The position numbers and the translations under genes are program-made. Of a DNA stretch of 64,000 nt, positions 50,965 through 64,000 are shown one piece after another. Within the stretch, counting starts at the first letter, position 1; every line of letters starts with the position of its first letter. The stretch is from assembly GCF_009914755.1 (NCBI RefSeq), contig NC_060942.1. One strand, 5' to 3'. This DNA comes from the human T2T-CHM13v2.0 reference genome, Homo sapiens. The notes beneath the pieces were generated by a model that saw only the letters and a list, made by a program, of their open reading frames with translations, did no database searches and had not been told where the DNA came from.

Positions 50965-52579
50965 AAAAACAGACACACCCCCATATCTGTATTTTCATAT
51001 CAGACAGCCAGGCAATTCCCATCATCCAGGGCTTAATGTACCACAAGACCATCAGTAAGGTCTACATAATTATACGGGAAAAGTGGTCCACTAACTAACA
51101 GAGACCCAACAGCACAGATGAGCTTACTAGAATTAGCTTCTATTTGAAAATGATAGGACATATGTAAAAGTTTTGGTTGGGAACAGAAAGAGAACCACCG
51201 TTTATTGTATACTGATGACGGATCCAGTTTTTTAACAGCTACCATTTATTAAGCAATTATCATGCCAGCTACAATATCTGACATGTCGTATATACAACAT
51301 AATACCATTTACTCTTCAATGTACTGCTGAATTATCCTCATTTTAATGGAAAAAGAAACTGAGGCTAAGAGGAGTCACATGACTTGTCTGTCCATAGTCA
51401 CATGGTTACCAAGAGGGAGAAGGAGAAGTCAAACACAGTCAGTCCTTACTGGGTTCTGAAGCCAGGCTCATTCCAATACATGTCGAATTTTGTAACGTAG
51501 TAAAAAAAAAAAAAAGAATGTCAGGAAAACATATGGACCTCAGGGAAGCTGCCTCATCAGTAGATGGGGAGTGGAGGAAAGAGGGCAGAGGGCAATGTAA
51601 GGCCACAGGTGCTGCCTACAGCCCTAATGTCCTTTACCATACATAGTCCATAATCCCCACCCAACTACTTGTGGGTAAAAGGTGCAACTTAGTATCATGC
51701 AAAGCAATTCAGAAAAATCAAACACCATTTAATTTATCAGATTGGAAAGACATCCTATTAAGAGTCCCATACACAGGAATAATTTTATCTTTCTATAAAA
51801 TAATTTTGTATCCACGTACAATCATTACATTTTAAAGTACTTCATTTGCACTAACAAGCTGTAAGTTCTCTTAATTTCTTACTAGTCAGTAAACTTGACA
51901 CTAATACAATAACTAAAAATACGCATCTTATTTTAATAATTTCTATCAATTAAAGAATAAATGACATCTTTGTAGTTTGTAATAGCCTTAATAATGTGGC
52001 TTTCTGTTTTCACGTATAGTAACCATCTTACACAATCTAATAGATCACTAGCTTTTACAAAATACATTCTCAAGAAAATATCTCTAGTTTGAATAGGAAA
52101 CCTTCTTCACAGTAGCAAAAAAAGCTAAAAGCTGCTTTATCCAGAAGCATTAAAAGCAGAAATCTCACAAGTTTATTACTCACAGAGCCACTAGTAAACA
52201 GAGAGTATATTTTGTGCTCAATTATTTTTATATTTAGAAAACATCTTGCAATACCGAATTGTCATTCAAGGTAATGAAAGACAACAACTGAGGCTTTACC
52301 TTATGTAACTTAACCCTAATCTTACATTCCAGTCACATAAAGAAATGGCATAAAGCCACTGGGTTTCAAAGTTTTCAACTGCTATCCACAGTAAGAAATA
52401 AATTTATATATATTCACATATTATACACAAACACATGCATATGTGCCTATTATACATACAAAAGCTTCACAAAACAAAACTTGCACATTCAATTGAATTC
52501 ACAACCCATTCACTGGTTGTAAACTGCAACTTTAAAAACACTGGTGTAAAGGTAATAGCTAGGTCTAAAAAATGTTTTT

Positions 52580-53020
52580 TTAAATGCATATGACAATCTT
52601 ACACATAAAAAATCTAAAGGAATACTACTAGAGTTCATAAGCAATTTCAGCAGTTGCAGAATACATGATTAACAAACAAAATCAGTTGTATTTCTACACA
52701 TGGCCAGAGAACAATTGGATAATGAGGTCAAGAAAATCACTCCATTTACAATTGCATCAAAAATGCTAAGAAATAAATTTAACCAAGGAGGTGTAAGACT
52801 TATACACTGAAGAGTACAAAATATTGTAAAAGAAATTAAAGAAGACCTAAATAAACAGAAAGACATCTTGTACTCATACATTGGAAGACAATATAGTTAA
52901 GGCAACAACATTACCCAAAGTGATGAACAGATTGAATGCAATCCCTAACAAAATCCCAACAGCCTTTCTTTAAGAAATAGAAAGACTGATCCTAAAATTC
53001 ATATGGAATTGCAAGGGGCC
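52580..53020 (+). mobile_element. L1M ORF2 fragment
   Basis: aaatcagttgtatttctacac...gaaattaaagaagacctaaataaa...atcctaaaattcatatggaattgcaaggg. Confidence 0.85.
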
Positions 53021-53439
53021 CCTTGCAACAACCCAATTTAGAGATCAGGAAACTGAGATTTAGACCACGTAAGTAATTTGCCCAAGGATACACAGCTAGT
53101 CAATGGCATAAATGGAACCGAAACCAGGTAGTCTCTCTGGAGCCCAAGTTCTTTTCCATTCTACTCTAAAATAAATGTAATTCCCTTTATATTAAAGGGA
53201 ATAATGTTCTTAAAGTACTTAAAGCATAGAGCATGGTATACAGTAAGCATGCAACAAAATCATTTTTATAGTTCCAAAAAAAGAGACATCAGGGGTTAGG
53301 GGGACAAAATTAGGTTATATGACCTTGGACAAGTTATTTAACATTGCTGGGTTTCCATTTATCTCTAAAAAGAGAGGACTGGTTTATGTAACCTCTTATA
53401 TAAATCTGTCTCTCCTCTTTGCTCTACATATAAACTTCT

Positions 53440-54075
53440 AAATTAAACTGAAATACTGAGGTTTTTGAGGGATCAGTCTTGGATCTTTGGGTATCCTCTG
53501 CTTACTGTAGCTGCCCTTGTCTAGTCTAATGGCTTTAAATGCCACCTATAGGCTGGTAACTCCTCAACCCCTATTCCAGGCCAGCCCTTTATGTTAACCA
53601 CTTATGGCTATGTACTTAGCATTTCCACTCAGAAGTCACAAAGACAGCTCAAACAACTCTGAGAGTCATCCTTTTTTCCCCCCTTAATATAGGGTCTTGC
53701 TATGTTGCCCAAGCTGGTCTTGAACTCTTGGGCTCAGGCAATGATCCTGCCTCAGCCTCCTGAATAGCTGGGATTACAGGTGTGTGGCACCATGCCCAGC
53801 TGAGAGTCATCCTTGATTATTCTTTATTCCCATACCACTCATATCCAATCCATCAGTAAGTCTTGTTGTTTCTACCTTCAAAATATACCACCTGACAGTT
53901 CTCTACTTTTCTCCATCTCCTCCACCATCATCATGGTCACAGCTACCATTTTCTTTCATTAGAGGACTCCTAACTTCCTCTCTCACTAGTCTACATGGTT
54001 CTTCTTCACCTGACAGGCAAAATCTTTTATAAATATAATTTGGATTATGTTCATCCCCTGCTTAAAAGCATCCAA
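53440..54075 (+). repeat. L2 fragment containing a monomeric Alu (about 53675-53800) with TSD ctgagagtcatcctt
   Basis: atccaatccatcagtaagtcttgttgtttctaccttcaaaatatac. TSD visible on both sides of the Alu. Confidence 0.7.
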
Positions 54076-54147
54076 TCATTCATTCAAACAATATTCACCA
54101 AATGCCAACTACGTACCAGGCACTGTGGCAGAAAGAAACACAGTATT

Positions 54148-54494
54148 TGATATGGTTTGGCTGTGTCCCCACCCAAATCTCATCTTGAATTCCCATGTGT
54201 TGTGGGAGGGACCTGGTGGGAGGTAACTGAATCATGGGGGCAGGTCTTCCCCTTGCTGTTCTCATGACAGTGAGTAAGTCTCATGAGATCTGATGGTTTT
54301 ATAAGGAGGAGTTTCCCTGCACAAGCTCTTTTTTGGCCTGCTGCCAGCGATGTAAGACATGACTTGCTCCTCCTTGACTTCCGCCATGATTGTGAGGCCT
54401 CCTTAGCCACGTGGAACTGTGAGTCCATTAAACCTATTTTTCTTCCCAGTTTTAGGTTATGTCTTTATCAGCAGTATGAAAAAGGACTAATACA
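54148..54494 (+). mobile_element. THE1 (probably THE1B) solo LTR, ERVL-MaLR
   Basis: tgatatggtttggctgtgtccccacccaaatctc...ggactaataca termini. 5-bp TSD gtatt on both sides. Confidence 0.92.
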
Positions 54495-54572
54495 GTATTG
54501 AACAAGTCAACATCCCGTTCCTCTCAAAAATAGTAATGGGTATCTCAGACCCTTAAACATACACATACACAC

Positions 54573-54604
<32 letters not shown>

Positions 54605-54636
54605 GTTGGGAATAACAGCTACTATTAAGAAAAACA

Positions 54637-55723
<1,087 letters not shown>

Positions 55724-55729
55724 TAAATT

Positions 55730-55936
55730 ACAGTAGTTCCTCCTTATCCACAGTTTCACTTTCCATGGCTTCAGTTATCTATGGTCAACTGCATCCAAAG
55801 ATATTAAATGGAAAATTCCAGAAATAAATAAATCCTAAGCTTTAAATTATATGCTGTGCTGAGTTGCATGGTGAAATCTCACACCATCCTGCACTGTCCT
55901 GCCTGGGGTGTGAATCACCCCTTTGTGCAGCATATT
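55730..55936 (+). mobile_element. MER44-like 5' fragment
   Basis: tacagtagttcctccttatccacagtttcactttccatgg...tgaatcacccctttgtgcagc, homologous to the copy at 1760. Confidence 0.8.
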
Positions 55937-56019
55937 TGCTCTCAGCCTCAAGCGATCTACCTGCCTTGGCCTCCCAAAGTGCTGGGATTATAGGTGTGAG
56001 CCACCAAGCCTGGTCTGCA

Positions 56020-59680
<3,661 letters not shown>

Positions 59681-60937
59681 TAATGATAGCAATAAGTTAG
59701 GGAACCACAGTAGCTCAAATTAAAAAATAAAAGGTATCCATTCAAACTTCTAAATGTCCAATAATTTTTTTATAAGTTAAGATATTTAATGTCATTGAAT
59801 AAGAATTTTAAAATTCCAATTACTCTCTGGATCTCATCTTCCAAACCTGTAGTTTAAGACAGCAATCTGGCTATGACATGTTACATTACTGGTGCCAGGG
59901 TTGATTTTATGGATCTAGTTGGTTAGGTGGGTGTTCCTTTCCTCTTTCACCACTCCTTATGTATACTTCCCCCAACACACACACCACCAAAATACTGTTA
60001 GCTCACTTTCAGATGTATGAGTGGTTTTGCTACTTAATGTAAAATGTTTTACTCTTCATTTTTTCAATCACTATTTATCAATGGTCTTCCACAGAACAAG
60101 CTGGTCATTTGTGGTCTGCAGAAAGTTTAATTGGCCTTTAAGTGTGTTTACATGTTTTTAAAAAATAAACCTTAACATCTAGAAAACATAACATAAATAA
60201 AACACATCAAATTTCTATTTGTTTGTGTATTTATATATATGTATTTTATGTGTAGAGCCTGCTGATTTAAAATGAGAAGCACTACACATCTTAAAAGAAC
60301 TAAAGAATATATCTGAATTTCATAAGAATAATAACTTGTATAGTTCTTTCCAGAGTCCTTGAGAGTTGTACCATCTAAGGAGGCCTAAGGAACAGGGGCA
60401 CTCAGCACACCTGAAAACTACCACTGTCACAGTGCTTCTATATTCCTGTCTCTGAAACACCTTTATGAAAAGTTGGAAAATAAGAGATACACCATTGACA
60501 CTGCTTATAAAACCTAGTAAATATCATATATAAATAACTGAAAACAGAATGCTTTTATGGCTAATTTGACAGATCTGTTTGATGTTAATCTCTGTACATT
60601 TGGCATGGTAGAAATTATGACCTTCAAGTACATAGCAAAATTTAAAAGAGAAAAATTCAGTATAACCAACCAAACTTGCTTCATTACATATAAATACCAC
60701 TAAGTAGGTCAAGAAAACCTAAAACAATCAGCTGTGACACTTGAGATGCAAAATCTTCATGTAAGTAAGTGGATCACAGTTGTTTTTTACTCTAGAAAAA
60801 GGAAATACAGAGGTCAACTGAAGATATAATGCCCAGTCAAGCTGATACATGACATGTAATGATAAGGGGTATATAATATCTAAAAGCGGTTTCTTGAGTT
60901 ATGATTCAATCATAAATGTCCATGTTCAGGCTGCTGA

Positions 60938-61612
<675 letters not shown>

Positions 61613-61663
61613 AGAAATAACAACTCTTGAAAAAAACAAGTACTGCATAAAACGCTGCCTTAC

Positions 61664-61894
61664 CTTCATGACATCTCTATATGACCGAATAGCTGAGATT
61701 TTTCTCTTTTCATCTTCATCTCCCAGGCCTTCTTCTGCAGCCTCATAGCCCTCATCATTGCTACCGTCAGCTTCCACCGTGTTGGCCATGTGATCGATAA
61801 GCTGCTCTAGGGGAGGGCTTAATTCCCTTTCTTCATTCTCCTTCAAACCATAGTCCAGTGCTTTATAAATAATAATTCCCAAAGATTCAATGAC
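61664..61894 (-). CDS. SPIRE1: SPIRE1 coding exon (probably exon 3), 231 nt, KIND domain: [36 protein letters not shown]...[12 protein letters not shown]
   Basis: Minus strand tcctag|GTCATT acceptor and ATGAAG|gtaagg donor. Translation matches the Spire1 KIND domain. Phase 0-0. Confidence 0.97.
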
Positions 61895-62649
61895 CTAGGA
61901 ACATTTAAAAAAGTGGTTAATGGAGATGAATGAAGAGCTTTCTAGGACTAATTGTGAGGCATAAGATGTTTAGTATGATTTTTTCCCTCAAACCAACATA
62001 CAACACATACACAAACCCTTTTTATATTCTCTTAGATTTATACTTTGTGTTAAAATTTGTATTTGCCATTCATATATAAAATATTAACCGAGTTGATTTT
62101 CCACATTTCCCAAAGGTATTTCTGAGAACAGATATAGTTATCAAAGAATATATCCTCTCAGAACTCTTATGCCAATGTTTATCTAATTAGAGATGCACAG
62201 ACATCCCAAGTATCTGAAAGACTGAAAACTCACTTACGGGTAGCAATTAACTCAAGCCTAAACAACAACAAAAATCTATTCATATCCATGTATACACACT
62301 TCTCTAGTTCCATTCAATCACTGAAAACACATCTCTCTCAGACGATGCAAACAAATGAGAGACCTTTTGCAAACCCTGAATTTTCAAGGCAGCTCACAGA
62401 TAACCCTCCCTACCACACACCTCCATCAATATTACTGCCGGGCAAATGAACCTCATTTATGAACAGTAGATACACCACTGTTGCATACCACCTCGACAAC
62501 TGCTCCAGACTTTGGCCAATACAGGAAATCCCACTTTATTTCTCAATAGTGCCTTTCTGCTATATATTTAAAAAAGCACATATAAAACCTTTTAATTTTA
62601 TTGTTCTCTCTCTCTCTGTGTCTCTCTCTCTCTCTCTAAAGAACACTGG

Positions 62650-62945
62650 CAGCCAGCGTGGTGGCTCATGCCTGTAATCCCAGCACTTTGGGAGGCTGAG
62701 GCGAGCAGATCACTTGAGGTCAGGAGTTCGAGATCAGCCTGGCCAACATGGCGAAACCCTGTCTCTACTAAAATTACAAAAATGAGCTGGGCGTGGTGGC
62801 GTGTGCCGGTAATCCCAGTTTCTTGGAAGGCTGAGGCAGGAGAATCGCTTGAACTGGGGAAGCGGAGCTGACATTGCGCCACTGCACTTCAGCAAAACTC
62901 TATCTCATAAAAACAAACAAACAAACAACAACAACAACAACAAAC
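62650..62945 (+). repeat. AluS
   Basis: Dimer with deletion in the right arm and (caa)n tail. Confidence 0.9.
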
Positions 62946-63585
62946 AGGCAATGAAGCCAAAGAATTAAAATTAAATCCTGACTTTTACCACTAGCCAGCT
63001 GCCTCAGGACAAATCATTTTAGTGATGACTTTTCTCATCCGTTAAATGGGGATGTCAATGATACCTCCATTTAATAAGATTCTGTTGAGACTATGCATTC
63101 ACTATGCATGGAAGTACCTGGTACAATATCTGACTTATTACAGGGACTCAATAATGATCTCACTGCTCTCTCCTTCCTTTAGCCCATTCTTTTCCAATGT
63201 TTATCAGTTACTCCCAAAATAAATAAAATCTTTCATTTTCAGTATTTCATTTATAGCTGGTAATACCGCATTTTTAAAAAAGTGCATCACAAATAAAAAA
63301 GAAAGTCAGAAGTTTCTAACATGAGTTAAATACAAGAGAGTCATTGACTAGCTCTTAAAAGCCTCACTCAAAATTCTCTACAAAAATTCAAAAATTCTCT
63401 ACAAAATCTGAAATCTACTTTACCAATGAAATAATATTTTCTCAACACTAGCATTCAAAATGAATATCATGCTTAAAAATTCTTAACTTCTAAGTTTTTA
63501 AACAATACTGTTTTAAAATATTTTTTACTGAAAACATGTAATATTTTCACTGGATTTACAGTCTGACCTGGCACTGTAGCCATTC

Positions 63586-63897
63586 TTTTCTTTCTTTTTT
63601 TTTTTTTTCTTCTTCTTTTGAGACAAGGTCTCACTCTGTCACCCGGGCTGGAGTGCAGTGGTACAATTACGGCTCACTGCAGCTTCAACCTCCTTGGGCT
63701 GAGACGATCCTCCCACCTTAGCCTCCCTAGTAGCTGGGAAAACAGGTACACACCACCAGGCCTGGCTAATTTTTTTTGGAATTTTTTAGAAACGGGGTTT
63801 CACCATGTTGTCCAAGCTGGACTCAAACTCCTGGACTTAAGCAATGGGCCTGCCTCGGCCTCTCAAAGTGCTAGGATTACAGGAATGAGCCACCACG
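63586..63897 (-). repeat. AluJ
   Basis: Antisense dimer. Confidence 0.85.
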
Positions 63898-64000
63898 CAC
63901 TATTTTCTATTATAAAAATGAATTTAAACAATGGATCTTCTAAGTTCCAAGGCAATTGACTACTTTAGTTATCCCTCCTGGCAGTGTCCCAGGACAATCC

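Overview
Primate (almost certainly human) genomic DNA from the middle of SPIRE1, the WH2-domain actin nucleator, transcribed on the minus strand. Seven coding exons can be read with canonical AG/GT boundaries; my numbering from recalled gene structure is exons 3-9. They are 61664-61894, 50466-50591, 27457-27534, 21481-21645, 11020-11106, 8075-8204 and the 42-nt exon 963-1004. They splice into one open frame encoding the C-terminal KIND domain, four WH2 repeats and the following linker. The rest is intron packed with more than 50 Alus, L1/L2/MIR relics, LTRs (THE1, MLT1, MLT2, LTR16), DNA transposons (near-full-length Tigger1, MER1B, MER33, MER44, Tigger4a) and a U13 snoRNA retrocopy. I found no prokaryote-type or wholly new gene system, and nearly all ORF-track entries are repeat artefacts. 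The best leads are RNA-level. (1) Inverted Alus bracket exons 4-6, whose 369-nt circle has a stop-free frame encoding endless WH2 repeats. (2) A stem-loop buries the weak 5' splice site of the 42-nt exon. (3) The sense-oriented U13 copy keeps both C and D boxes. (4) Three short local duplications of apparently non-repeat DNA. Repeat family names come from memory of consensus sequences and repeat boundaries are approximate.
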